From an uncultured bacterium (GTDB taxonomy: Bacteria > Patescibacteriota > Minisyncoccia > Phycocordibacterales > CAIZLB01), in the NCBI GenBank assembly GCA_903864515.1, contig CAIPFZ010000009.1, positions 1-48,192 of the forward strand: a DNA stretch of 48,192 nucleotides, given 5' to 3'. A program made the translations under genes and the position numbers. The notes beneath the pieces are model-generated. The model made no database searches, had not been told where the DNA came from, and worked only from the letters and a program-made list of their open reading frames with translations. Shown here one piece after another: positions 1 through 9,335 of the stretch (the stretch's first letter is position 1; every line of letters begins with the position of its first letter).

Positions 1-17
1 AATTTAATTCGTTTTTT

Positions 18-416
18 CTATAACTCATTCAATATAAAAGCCAGATTCGGATAAATAATTTCTTTAGCTTGTTCAATTGTAAAAAACTTAACCTTTGTAT
101 CTTTTTCAGGAACAATTTCCATATTCAGCGGTCTTGCAAGGAACATTTCTATCCTTATCACTTCTCCACTCTTACCATGCTTATAGGTTATATCTGACAA
201 TCTTTTAATAATCTCAACATCAATTCCAGTTTCTTCTTTTACCTCACGTAATGCAACCATTTCAGACACTTCACCTTCTTCAGCGTGCCCTTTTGGAAAT
301 GACCAATTACCATCCAAATCTCCAATCAACAAAACATTATTGTCTTCATCCAATACTACACAGCCAGCTTTTCTGATCTCACCATTCTCATTTTTTAAAG
401 GATTATTATGACCCAT
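18..416 (-). CDS. NUDIX hydrolase
   Basis: 132-aa ORF with complete Nudix box GHAEEGEVSEMVALREVKEETGI (GX5EX7REUXEEXGU). Confidence 0.85.
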   Translation of the reverse strand: MGHNNPLKNENGEIRKAGCVVLDEDNNVLLIGDLDGNWSFPKGHAEEGEVSEMVALREVKEETGIDVEIIKRLSDITYKHGKSGEVIRIEMFLARPLNMEIVPEKDTKVKFFTIEQAKEIIYPNLAFILNEL

Positions 417-462
417 TTTGATTATTTTTTAATATTAATTATCAGGAGAAACACTAATTACT

Positions 463-915
463 TTATTCTCTAATTCTTTTTGCTAAATCACTCAGCAATT
501 CATCGTCAGCCCGCTTGTAATCATGCGAAGAAATATACCCTTCATATTTTTCAAAATATTTATCAACGTTAGATTTTAAAGGTTTCCATTCAGACATCTT
601 TGTACCATGCATTGGAAAGAGCTTAGCGTGAATATGATCTACTCCAAAACCCTCAAACATCATACCTGTACGGCCAACGTCATCAAGTTTTTCATCTAAT
701 AACCTTGCAACTTTCTTAACCGCTTTTACCAAATCAGTAAGAACATCTTCTGGTAAATCAAAAACATAGGAAGGATAATGTTCTTTGGTTATAACAACAG
801 AAAAACCTTCTGTGTTTGGGAAGATTGAGAGAAATGCTATATGCTTTTCATCCTCCCATATTTTATGTGAGGGCATTTCTCCTCTTACAATTTTACAAAA
901 AATGCAGTTGTCCAT
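463..915 (-). CDS. HIT-family (histidine triad) protein
   Basis: N-terminal CIFCKI motif typical of HIT proteins; triad region GVDHIHAKLFP (third His replaced by Lys); TATAAT 7 nt upstream of ATG. Confidence 0.75.
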   Translation of the reverse strand: MDNCIFCKIVRGEMPSHKIWEDEKHIAFLSIFPNTEGFSVVITKEHYPSYVFDLPEDVLTDLVKAVKKVARLLDEKLDDVGRTGMMFEGFGVDHIHAKLFPMHGTKMSEWKPLKSNVDKYFEKYEGYISSHDYKRADDELLSDLAKRIRE

Positions 916-963
916 GTTGGATATTATATAATACTAAGGAATAACAAGCTACTAACTTAGTAA

Positions 964-2187
964 TCAATTACTCTTATCAATCAAATACTTCACAGCTCTT
1001 AGAAGCTCTACATCCCTGCGCTTCCTAATATCATCCGGCCTTGGCTCCACAAAAATATCTGGTTCTATTCCATTGTTTTCAATTTCCTGACCATTATTTC
1101 TATAATTTCTCCAACAAGAAACCCTAAGATTGAAATCTCTTCCACCCAGATGAAGATCTAGTGACTGTGGATTACCGGATCCCCCACCTGTTGTTTGACC
1201 AATAGAAACTGCCCTTCCAGTATCTTTTAGAAATGTCAAAAACATATCTGTTGAACTTATACAGATGGGACCTGTAAGAATGACAATCTTTTTATCGTAA
1301 AATTCACCCTCAGGAGCAACGTGTTCAGTAAATTTAACCATATCTTTTTGCCCAGGCTTTTTTACAAGAAAGTGACAACATTCAGTTTTTTCTTTTATAA
1401 AGTGACTTGCTACAAGTCTTGCATAATGACTATTTCCCCCATCATTGTTTCTAACATCAAGAATTATTGATGTGCTTGATTTTATTTTTTCCAACTCTTC
1501 CTCCACAAGCTGTGCAATATTTTTACCATCTATTTCAATGGCATTACTCCAGCTGTCTATACGAATATATCCAATGTTTCCTTCTAGTATTTTACTCTCA
1601 AGACAGTCTTCTCTCTTATAGGATCTTTCCATACCGTTCTCAACTTTTATTTTAAATCTCTTGTTTCTATTCTTTTCAAATTCAGCATCCACCTTAACTT
1701 CTCCACCCACTCCGTTTTTGGCTGTAATAATCACACCGTACTCTTGTTTTGAAGTGGCGATTTTATTCACTGCCTTATACTTTTTCCACTCCAAAGTTCC
1801 TCCACCAATATTTTTAACTTCTTCATCAATCAATTGACTAATTGGAGTATCGTTAACACTTACAACCTCAAGAGGTTCATCATCTGTATCCACCCAAACA
1901 ATACCAGCCTTGTAATACAACTCTTTATTCAACTTAAAAATTTCTTTACCCTTTTCAGACAGATCAACATGACTATTATCAAGTGTGACAATAATTTGTT
2001 GTAAGCGCTTTATTAGATTATCAATATTAATTTTATCTTCTAAAAATTCTTCCTCTTCAAGCAAAGAATCAAATCTGTTAATAAAATTATCTCTGTCTTC
2101 ATCTTTTAAAAAAGGGAAGTTTTCTTTGAAATGCATTTTAATGTTTTCAATGAAACTTACGCATTCATCTCTGTTGATTGTTTTCAT
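964..2187 (-). CDS. S41-family (C-terminal processing / tail-specific-like) peptidase
   Basis: ILDVRNNDGGN motif (S41 DxRxNxGG), GPICISSTDMF Ser region and IGQTTGGGSGNP downstream. Confidence 0.65.
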   Translation of the reverse strand: MKTINRDECVSFIENIKMHFKENFPFLKDEDRDNFINRFDSLLEEEEFLEDKINIDNLIKRLQQIIVTLDNSHVDLSEKGKEIFKLNKELYYKAGIVWVDTDDEPLEVVSVNDTPISQLIDEEVKNIGGGTLEWKKYKAVNKIATSKQEYGVIITAKNGVGGEVKVDAEFEKNRNKRFKIKVENGMERSYKREDCLESKILEGNIGYIRIDSWSNAIEIDGKNIAQLVEEELEKIKSSTSIILDVRNNDGGNSHYARLVASHFIKEKTECCHFLVKKPGQKDMVKFTEHVAPEGEFYDKKIVILTGPICISSTDMFLTFLKDTGRAVSIGQTTGGGSGNPQSLDLHLGGRDFNLRVSCWRNYRNNGQEIENNGIEPDIFVEPRPDDIRKRRDVELLRAVKYLIDKSN

Positions 2188-2281
2188 AACTGTTTTAATA
2201 CATTATCTATTACTTTATTAACTCACCTTTTCGGTCTTCCCTACATTTATTAGGTAATCCCCAATAACAGCAAGGTTATGA

Positions 2282-2941
2282 CTATTGAGATACCCCTGGT
2301 ATTTCAACCAACTTCAACCACAATTTATGTATATCTTTTTCCGAGCTCCATAGTTCAACAATTTTCTCTCTTAATTCCTTATGTTGAGGATATCCAGCGT
2401 CTTGTCTACCTTCTGGTAGTAAATCACCGCATTCAATATTAAGAAGAACAGTGAGTGATTCTTTTAAATCATTGTACTTCTCCATACCGAGTTTCTCTTC
2501 TTGATCAGGTCCTAATCCATACCATGTATAAAAATGCCACAACTCGTGCATTATAGTTTTATTTGTTAATAAAGATGGAAATCTTACAAAAAAGTAATTA
2601 CTTCCAATGTGGTATGGGCATCTGTTATTTACGGTCAAATAAGCCGTCACTCCCTCTGGAATTGATACACCAAATATTTTCTCTGCTCTTTTTTGATACT
2701 CATCAGAAATAACATCCCAGTCCTTTTGATATTGCTCAACATAGTCTCGGATTGAGATATTTTTCTCAGATATGTATTTATCAATAAATACTGAAGTATC
2801 ACCATCTGTTGGATTATTACCACAAATAGAAACGAGCTCTTCGTAAACCTTTGTTGGAGATTGGGAATTATTTGAACTTTTTCCTTTATTCAAAATACAC
2901 CAAATATCTTTTTCTTTATTATATTGAAAGTTTATTTTCAT
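2282..2941 (-). CDS. hypothetical protein with HExxH metallopeptidase-like motif
   Basis: ORF with IMHELWHFY; ATG at 2941 preferred over the GTG at 2947 because an extended -10 box lies 8 nt upstream. Confidence 0.5.
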   Translation of the reverse strand: MKINFQYNKEKDIWCILNKGKSSNNSQSPTKVYEELVSICGNNPTDGDTSVFIDKYISEKNISIRDYVEQYQKDWDVISDEYQKRAEKIFGVSIPEGVTAYLTVNNRCPYHIGSNYFFVRFPSLLTNKTIMHELWHFYTWYGLGPDQEEKLGMEKYNDLKESLTVLLNIECGDLLPEGRQDAGYPQHKELREKIVELWSSEKDIHKLWLKLVEIPGVSQ

Positions 2942-2949
2942 ATACACAG

Positions 2950-2958
2950 ATTATATCA
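2950..2958 (-). promoter_or_regulatory. extended -10 promoter box (TGATATAAT)
   Basis: minus-strand TGATATAAT, 8 nt upstream of ATG 2941. Confidence 0.45.
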
Positions 2959-2990
2959 TACGCGTTATATTTAAATTACCTCTCTATTTG

Positions 2991-2999
2991 TGATATATT
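2991..2999 (+). promoter_or_regulatory. extended -10 promoter box (TGATATATT)
   Basis: plus-strand TGATATATT, divergent from 2950..2958; would drive the transcript carrying small ORF 3074..3238. Confidence 0.35.
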
Positions 3000-3073
3000 T
3001 ACAGGGGAAGGAACAAACCCGTCAAATCATGTCTGTAAAACAAATCAGAAAAAGCCTTGGGAGGTAGAACATC

Positions 3074-3238
3074 ATGAAAGAAGACCCTAAAACAAAACAA
3101 GAGAGCGCCTGGCGCAAAGAAATAGCAGAAGCGGCCAGAGAAATCAAAGCTCTGGCTAAAAAACAAATCACGCTTATGAACGTCGCCAGAAAGACGCCGC
3201 CAAGCAAAGAATGGCGAAGTAAACAATCAACTATATAG
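3074..3238 (+). CDS. small basic hypothetical protein (54 aa, MKEDPKTKQESAWRKEIAEAAREIKALAKKQITLMNVARKTPPSKEWRSKQSTI)
   Basis: below the ORF-track length cutoff; ATG preceded by GGGAGG (3059..3064) at 9 nt spacing and followed by hairpin plus T-tract. Confidence 0.4.
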   Translation: MKEDPKTKQESAWRKEIAEAAREIKALAKKQITLMNVARKTPPSKEWRSKQSTI

Positions 3239-3255
3239 TAACATCCACCCCAACC

Positions 3256-3295
3256 CCCTTCACGCAGTTCCATTCTGCGTCAGGGGTTTATTTTA
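3256..3295 (+). terminator. intrinsic terminator
   Basis: stem CCCTTCACGCAG / CTGCGTCAGGG (one mismatch) followed by TTTATTTTA. Confidence 0.5.
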
Positions 3296-3324
3296 TCTAC
3301 AGTATTAAGATTTCTCTGAAAAAA

Positions 3325-3333
3325 TGCTAAAAT
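3325..3333 (+). promoter_or_regulatory. extended -10 promoter box (TGCTAAAAT)
   Basis: 7 nt upstream of ATG 3341, implying a leaderless transcript. Confidence 0.45.
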
Positions 3334-3340
3334 ACTATCC

Positions 3341-3835
3341 ATGATATTAACTACTCATGCCGCGGTTGGTGCAACTCTTGCAACACTCGTGCCCAGTAAT
3401 CCAATCCTAGGTTTTGCAATTGGTTTTGGAAGCCACTTTATTTTAGATGGAATTCCCCACTGGGATTACAAATTAAAGAGCAGTAAGCGTAACAAACAAA
3501 AACCACTCACCAATGACATAATTATTGGAAAAGATTTTTATAATGATTTAATGAAAATTGGTTTTGATGCAATATTTGGACTTACACTTTCACTACTCGT
3601 ACTTGGCACTGCACAACATCAGTCAATTTTAATAATTACATGCGGAGCGCTCGGTGGTATGGCCCCAGACTTTTTACAGTTTGTATATTTTAAGTGGAGA
3701 CATGAGCCACTCACTAGTCTACAAAAATTTCACATTTGGATGCACGCCAAAACAGGATTAAATGATAGACCGTTATTGGGAATTTTTTCACAGATAGCAA
3801 TTATTGCGATCGTTTTTGTTTTGTTTAAAGTTTAA
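3341..3835 (+). CDS. membrane-bound metal-dependent hydrolase-like protein (DUF457/YdjM-like)
   Basis: polytopic membrane ORF; N-terminal THAAVG and GSHFILDGIPHWDY His-rich motifs resemble the DUF457 family. Confidence 0.5.
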   Translation: MILTTHAAVGATLATLVPSNPILGFAIGFGSHFILDGIPHWDYKLKSSKRNKQKPLTNDIIIGKDFYNDLMKIGFDAIFGLTLSLLVLGTAQHQSILIITCGALGGMAPDFLQFVYFKWRHEPLTSLQKFHIWMHAKTGLNDRPLLGIFSQIAIIAIVFVLFKV

Positions 3836-3846
3836 CAAATGATGAT

Positions 3847-3873
3847 CCCCCAACGGCACGAGGCCGTTGGGGG
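3847..3873. terminator. GC-rich hairpin between convergent genes
   Basis: CCCCCAACGGC-acgag-GCCGTTGGGGG, 11-bp perfect stem; no clean U-tract on either side. Confidence 0.45.
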
Positions 3874-3890
3874 GGGTGATGAGAGTAACT

Positions 3891-4790
3891 CTATGGCAAT
3901 GGCAAAAGGCCAGCCAGCTTCATTTCAGCACTAAGCAAGATGTCACTTTCCGGACTCATGTGACAAAGAGGAAGCCGAACTCTTCCGCTAATCCGTCCAA
4001 GCATTGCCATTGCAGTTTTTACCGGGACTGGATTTGTCTCAATGAACAAAGAGGAAGTTATACCCATAAGGTGTCGATGTAAGACACCCGCCTCAATGTT
4101 TCTTCCATCGTTGTAGAGTTGAATCATTCTCACAACTTGCCTCGGCATTATATTCGCAAGAACAGAAATTACTCCAACTCCTCCAATGGAAAGTACAGGG
4201 AGGGTGAGAGCGTCGTCACCTGAGGTAAGTTGAAACGACCCCTCTGTTATGTGAAGTATTGAAGACATTTGGTTGAGATTACCAGAAGCCTCCTTGATTC
4301 CGATAATGTTTGGAATCCGAGACAGACGCTGAACTGTTTTGGGTTCAATATTCACCCCGGTTCTGCCTTGAATAGAATATAGAACAATTGGACACCCCGG
4401 CACCGCTTGAGAAATCACTTCGTAATGGCGATAGATTCCCTCTTGAGTAGGCCGATTGTAGTAAGGAGTCACGATAAGAACCCCATCTGCACCAACATCA
4501 CACGCATGTTTTGTGAGTGCAATAGCCTCCTTGGTGCAATTACTTCCCGTCCCAGCTAATACTGGAATTCTCCCAGATGCAGAACGGACGACAACATCTA
4601 TAATCTTTCGATGTTCTTCATGGCTCAGCGTTGAAGCTTCACCGGTTGTACCGCAGGGAACAATCCCTGCGGTTCCGTTGGCAATATGATACTCCACCAA
4701 CTCTTCAATTTTTCCATAATCAACCTGATCTCTTTGGTTGAACGGAGTTACAAGTGCGACAAATGAACCAGCTAACGATATTTCTTTCAT
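3891..4790 (-). CDS. dapA: 4-hydroxy-tetrahydrodipicolinate synthase
   Basis: GTTGEASTLSHEEH, PYYNRPTQEG and Schiff-base Lys context IGIKEASGN; ATG at 4790 chosen over the TTG at 4826; ~49% GC in a 100-nt spot count. Confidence 0.85.
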   Translation of the reverse strand: MKEISLAGSFVALVTPFNQRDQVDYGKIEELVEYHIANGTAGIVPCGTTGEASTLSHEEHRKIIDVVVRSASGRIPVLAGTGSNCTKEAIALTKHACDVGADGVLIVTPYYNRPTQEGIYRHYEVISQAVPGCPIVLYSIQGRTGVNIEPKTVQRLSRIPNIIGIKEASGNLNQMSSILHITEGSFQLTSGDDALTLPVLSIGGVGVISVLANIMPRQVVRMIQLYNDGRNIEAGVLHRHLMGITSSLFIETNPVPVKTAMAMLGRISGRVRLPLCHMSPESDILLSAEMKLAGLLPLP

Positions 4791-4871
4791 CTTCTTAGTT
4801 TCTATTGGAAGGAACAGACCGTACAAACAAAGTGTAAAACCATTTTACTCATTGCCGTACGCTACAGACGC

Positions 4872-4880
4872 AGTATATCA
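4872..4880 (-). promoter_or_regulatory. extended -10 promoter box (TGATATACT)
   Basis: minus-strand TGATATACT ~80 nt upstream of the dapA ATG (leadered). Confidence 0.35.
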
Positions 4881-4940
4881 AGCTGTGAAATATACGCAAT
4901 AATACACAGATAGGGCACCTAGTGTAAAAAGCTACCCTAC

Positions 4941-6050
4941 CTACTGATAATCATCATATCCAAAATCCCTTAACTCCTTTTTGGCTTTATTTATAAACTT
5001 ACCAAAATCTTTATTTTTCTGTCTTTTTTGATTATTATTCAACCCTTGATACTCTGCCTCTTTTTTCAGATTTATATAATTTAAATATCTCTCCTCATCA
5101 ATCACCCCAGTTTTCTTTGCATTAAGAACGGTACAACCCGGTTCATGAACGTGCGTACAATTAACGTATTTACAACCATCTATCAAAGAAGTTATATCGT
5201 CAAAAAGATCATTGACCCCCTCACCTGTATCAACCATTCCAACTTCTCTAATACCGGGATTATCAATTACAATTCCACCATTGTCTAAGAAATACATTTG
5301 TCTTCCGGTTGTAGTATGTTTTCCTCTACTTGAGTATGAGCTTACATCGCCAGTTAATATTATCTCTTCACCAATTAATTTATTGATAAGCGATGACTTA
5401 CCAACGCCAGATGATCCCAGAAAGCAATATGTCTTTCCTTTTTTGATATAATGTTTTAATTCATCAAGACCATTATTATTTAGAGTACTGGTCATTATAA
5501 TATCTGCATCTGGAAATCTATCTTTTAATTCATTTAATTTATTTTCCTTTTCTTCATCTGACAATAAATCTATTTTATTCAAAATAATGGTACCTTCCAC
5601 TCCCCCGTCTTTTAAAATTGAAAAATATCTTTCAAATCTATTCAAACTATAATCTCTGTCCACTGATTCAATTACAAAACCCACATCAATATTTGTTGCA
5701 ATAATTTGAACATCACCCTTTTCTCCAATTCTGTTCTTATCACCAAACCTTCTTTTGATTATTGTCTGTCTCGGGAGAATGCTTTTAATGACAGCCTGAT
5801 CCTTATCCACTTCACTTATCATAACCCAGTCTCCAACAGCTGGATAATCTTCTTTCTTTACAGCCTCAAACATTTGCCTACCAGTTATTCTTGCAATAAA
5901 CTCACCCTTAGCATTTCTTACCCTATAAGAATCCTTGTGCTGAGTAGTAATTCTGGCAGGAGAAGAATCTAAAGCATCAGCTTCTTTTATATTTGATTCA
6001 AAGTGTGAGTTAAAACCCAGCTCTTCTAATTTCTTTAGATTTTCTTTCAT
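4941..6050 (-). CDS. rsgA: ribosome small-subunit-dependent GTPase A
   Basis: circularly permuted GTPase motifs NKIDL, GSSGVGKSSL, DNPG and C-terminal zinc knuckle CKYVNCTHVHEPGC. Confidence 0.9.
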   Translation of the reverse strand: MKENLKKLEELGFNSHFESNIKEADALDSSPARITTQHKDSYRVRNAKGEFIARITGRQMFEAVKKEDYPAVGDWVMISEVDKDQAVIKSILPRQTIIKRRFGDKNRIGEKGDVQIIATNIDVGFVIESVDRDYSLNRFERYFSILKDGGVEGTIILNKIDLLSDEEKENKLNELKDRFPDADIIMTSTLNNNGLDELKHYIKKGKTYCFLGSSGVGKSSLINKLIGEEIILTGDVSSYSSRGKHTTTGRQMYFLDNGGIVIDNPGIREVGMVDTGEGVNDLFDDITSLIDGCKYVNCTHVHEPGCTVLNAKKTGVIDEERYLNYINLKKEAEYQGLNNNQKRQKNKDFGKFINKAKKELRDFGYDDYQ

Positions 6051-6056
6051 GAATTG

Positions 6057-6065
6057 ATTCTACCA
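6057..6065 (-). promoter_or_regulatory. extended -10 promoter box (TGGTAGAAT)
   Basis: 6 nt upstream of the rsgA ATG (6050). Confidence 0.45.
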
Positions 6066-6282
6066 TTTTTTATACATTGAGGGTATTTGATACCTTCAGG
6101 AAACCTTGCGTCCTAATCGGGCATAAATGTAGCATTTAATCTAACGCATGTTAAAATATAGTTAATACAATATTTTATTCAAACTTATTTAATTTTAAAG
6201 TTAAAAAACTGTATCCAGTAGAACTTAGATCGCATCACAACTATTGGACCAAGCTATTCGGGATATAATAATCTATATCTTA

Positions 6283-7182
6283 CTATTTCTTACTTATAAA
6301 TGAAACTTCAACAACTGCGAGCCAATACTTACCCATACTTTTTCTAAGCGCTCTCACTAGAGGAAGTAAATTATTTGTCAAAGCTGCTTTTGCAAATAAG
6401 TCAAAGACATCTTCTTCAGTCTTGTAAACTTCAGGCATTTTTGAATTGATATGTTTGATTAAAGTATTTAAAGCCTTGATTTCCCTTGCATGCGAGTGTG
6501 GTTTAAAATATAGATTTCCAGATTCATCTTGTTTTAATTCATGGAGACTATCTGTACCCCCTGCCGAATCAATCGGAGGTAAATCCTCTAAAAACCACGG
6601 TTCTTTTGAGAGATACTCCTTGATAAATCTAATTGATAACTCGTCCATTACAGCTTCATCTATCTTTCCAGATACTTCCTCCAATAAATCACCATCTCCA
6701 TCTTTTGAGACATAAAGGCCAGATCTTTTAAATCTAACTCCTGAGCCTGAATCTGTTTCCTCCTCTTTAAAATACTGATAAGAAGAAAAGTGTAATACTT
6801 CATGAGCCATTGTTTGGGCCTTGCTCAATCTCGGCTCCAAACCAAAAGCCTCTGGTGAATATATTATACGTTGATATTTAGATTGAAAACCTGCATCACC
6901 CTTAAGCCTAGGTGAGCCTTCTTTGGCTGTATCTACGGCATGGAAATGATCTAAAGTAAGCGGAGGCATTTTTCCACCATACTTTTCCAAAAAGGCGGGC
7001 ATCTCTTTAAGTACAGATGAAATGACAGTTTCATCTTCTTCCGTCTTTCTTTTTTCCCATGGCTCTACTTTTTGATTATTAAATGCAAATTCTAAGTAGT
7101 CTTTGAAATCATCCACCTTCTCACTCTCCCCAGCAAGTTTATCAACACTACTGGAATCCTTTATGTAAAATTCTTTTTTCAT
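6283..7182 (-). CDS. gluzincin-like hypothetical metalloprotease (HExxH plus downstream DEAxxDE)
   Basis: AHEVLHF followed ~33 aa later by IDEAVMDEL; same layout as ORF 9336..10265. Confidence 0.5.
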   Translation of the reverse strand: MKKEFYIKDSSSVDKLAGESEKVDDFKDYLEFAFNNQKVEPWEKRKTEEDETVISSVLKEMPAFLEKYGGKMPPLTLDHFHAVDTAKEGSPRLKGDAGFQSKYQRIIYSPEAFGLEPRLSKAQTMAHEVLHFSSYQYFKEEETDSGSGVRFKRSGLYVSKDGDGDLLEEVSGKIDEAVMDELSIRFIKEYLSKEPWFLEDLPPIDSAGGTDSLHELKQDESGNLYFKPHSHAREIKALNTLIKHINSKMPEVYKTEEDVFDLFAKAALTNNLLPLVRALRKSMGKYWLAVVEVSFISKK

Positions 7183-7235
7183 ATGTAATTATTTATACTT
7201 TATAATTTTATCTTCATTTAATATTACCACAATCA

Positions 7236-7850
7236 TTATATCTTCTTTACCTCCCAAACCCTACTGAATCTTTTCCATCGCCCCTTCACTTCCGTTCTTG
7301 ATATTTTCATATAATAAACATTATCATTTTTGATAACCTTTTCATATTCAATTAAGGAAACTTTTCTAGTATCGCAAACATATAAAAATTCTTCATCATA
7401 TCCATAGACAAACAATACATGATCCAATAGACCTTCAAACGCCATTGCAATATCTATTCCAATCGCTCACCCTTCTTTTATACCCTTCTCTACCTTTAAC
7501 ATTGCTTCACTGTATGTAATTTTAGAAAACAACATAGACTTAAAAAAATCCCAGAAGCTATTTATCAAGTTATTATTAATTTCAAGAGAAAGTGATTTAG
7601 ATTTCAAAAACTCTGGTAAATGAATAAATTGAATCTGCGTCCACGCAAACATAGCAGGAACTGGGATACCAAATAACCCCTTAGCTTCTATTTGTTCTGG
7701 ATTATTATTTGTAGGATTAAAATCCTCTGGATAAATATAATGTAAAGCGTAATACAAAAAATCTCTACCACATCTATTTTTCAAGGGTTTTCCGTTTACT
7801 ATTTCTCTTTCAACAAAACCAAACTTCTTTATATCTGTGGGTAAATTCAT
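7236..7850 (-). pseudogene. papain-fold C39-like cysteine peptidase interrupted by a single in-frame TGA (7467..7469)
   Basis: ORFs 7467..7850 and 7236..7445 share one frame, separated by one TGA plus 7 sense codons; N part has NRCGRDFLYYAL (Cys), C part has DHVLFVYGYDEEFLYVCD (His...Asp). Confidence 0.5.
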
Positions 7851-8620
7851 TTATCTAATATATTATAACTATCCTCAATACTCTTTTTAATCTCATCTAT
7901 CATATCATCCCTGTGCATATCCTCATACAACCTCAAATATTTTCTACCCTCTTCTTTTGAAGACTCACTCTGAAAATCCTTCATTAAATGATCTTCTCCA
8001 TCTTTATATCTAAACACTGCTAAAGGAGTATCTATATATCCAAATTTATACTTTTTACTAACACGATTCCACAACTCACTATCTTCGTGAATTTTTAGAG
8101 TCTCATTAAAAAATCCAACCTCCTCAAGTACGTTTTTTCTAATCATTACAGCAGATGTGTGAATTGGTGTCTTCTGTATAAAACCAGATAATAGAAAGTT
8201 ATTTTTAATATCATCATCCACATTAGCGCGTTCAAATCTAGTCTGAGAAAGCATCTCACCATTCACTTCAATATATTCATCTGTATAAACCAATGGAATA
8301 TCTGTATGTGATTCAAGATATTTAACTTGCATCTCCAATTTATTTGGCAACCAAGAGTCATCAGAATCAAGGAAGGCAACGTACATACCTGAGGCTTCTT
8401 TAATACCAGCGTTTCTCGCGCTAGATACCCCACTGTTTTCTTTTGAGATTATTTTAATTGGTAAATTTAGAGATTCTAGATATTCTCTAGTGCCATCAGC
8501 TGATCCATCGTCCACAACAATAATTTCAAAATCTTTTAATGTTTGATTTAAGGCACTTACAATAGCGCCTTCTACGATTAACTTACGATTATATGTTGGG
8601 ATAATTATGGATATGAGCAT
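7847..8620 (-). CDS. family 2 glycosyltransferase
   Basis: ISIIIPTYNR, VVDDGSADGT and FLDSDD (DxD) motifs; 4-nt overlap with the downstream peptidase-like ORF. Confidence 0.85.
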   Translation of the reverse strand: MLISIIIPTYNRKLIVEGAIVSALNQTLKDFEIIVVDDGSADGTREYLESLNLPIKIISKENSGVSSARNAGIKEASGMYVAFLDSDDSWLPNKLEMQVKYLESHTDIPLVYTDEYIEVNGEMLSQTRFERANVDDDIKNNFLLSGFIQKTPIHTSAVMIRKNVLEEVGFFNETLKIHEDSELWNRVSKKYKFGYIDTPLAVFRYKDGEDHLMKDFQSESSKEEGRKYLRLYEDMHRDDMIDEIKKSIEDSYNILDK

Positions 8621-8661
8621 TTTGTTTTAACACAACAAGAATCAAAACAGAAACAGAGGTA

Positions 8662-9261
8662 TTATTTTATCTTTACAGTAGTGTCTATTTTTACAGCCTT
8701 TTCATTTGGAATATAAACCAAGCTGTATTCACCAGCGTCTAGGGTTATCTCTGTGTATGAACCCTGGATTTTTTCTAAAGGAATGAAATCATTTGGGTTT
8801 TGAACTGCGGTTGCGTTTTGTTCTGGATACAGATTAGTAAAAAACTTACGCAGAGAATCTGTTTTAAATATAAAGGCTGAAATTTCATTATCTGTTATCA
8901 ATTTAATGTAGACCTTAGTTCCTTTATCTAAAGCGAATTCATCTATTGCAACATTAATATTCCCATCACCAACATCAACAAAGCTCTCACCTAGAGATTG
9001 ACTACCAGAAATTAACTCCTTCAATGATGAATCATTAAATTTTGCAATTACACTTTTATCAGCTACTCCATCGTACTTTATATATTTTAAATCAAGCTGT
9101 TCTTTGACAGGCTTAACATCTGGAGTCTTCTCCATACCAACTTGTATCATTTGATTTTGACTACTATTATTCTTAAACAATAGAAATCCAATTACAATAA
9201 TTAAAACTATTCCTAATATAATTATCCAATAACGACTTGATCCTTTTTGTGTATTATTCAT
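8662..9261 (-). CDS. membrane-anchored hypothetical protein
   Basis: single N-terminal TM (YWIIILGIVLIIVIGFLLF); ATG 9261 chosen because of an extended -10 box 8 nt upstream. Confidence 0.55.
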   Translation of the reverse strand: MNNTQKGSSRYWIIILGIVLIIVIGFLLFKNNSSQNQMIQVGMEKTPDVKPVKEQLDLKYIKYDGVADKSVIAKFNDSSLKELISGSQSLGESFVDVGDGNINVAIDEFALDKGTKVYIKLITDNEISAFIFKTDSLRKFFTNLYPEQNATAVQNPNDFIPLEKIQGSYTEITLDAGEYSLVYIPNEKAVKIDTTVKIK

Positions 9262-9269
9262 ATATAAAT

Positions 9270-9278
9270 ATAATAACA
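9270..9278 (-). promoter_or_regulatory. extended -10 promoter box (TGTTATTAT)
   Basis: 8 nt upstream of ATG 9261. Confidence 0.4.
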
Positions 9279-9335
9279 CATCTATTTTGCTTACAATAGA
9301 AGTTTGAACCACCCTCCTTGCCTAAAATTGAATGA

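Noticed and set aside
2999-3273. Minus-strand ORFs 2999..3226 and 3022..3273
   Set aside because: Their translations are hydrophobic and low-complexity, and they have no promoter or start context. They are antisense to the SD-led 54-aa ORF and its terminator.
7467-7469. UGA reassigned to Gly (code 25, as in Gracilibacteria/Absconditabacteria) as the explanation for the in-frame TGA
   Set aside because: The kinase gene ends in tandem TGA TGA and other genes stop at TGA. The 2,789-aa Gly-rich ORF and all other long ORFs are open under the standard code, with no in-frame TGA. A genome using TGA as a sense codon would be expected to show fragmented ORFs under the standard code, which is not seen here.
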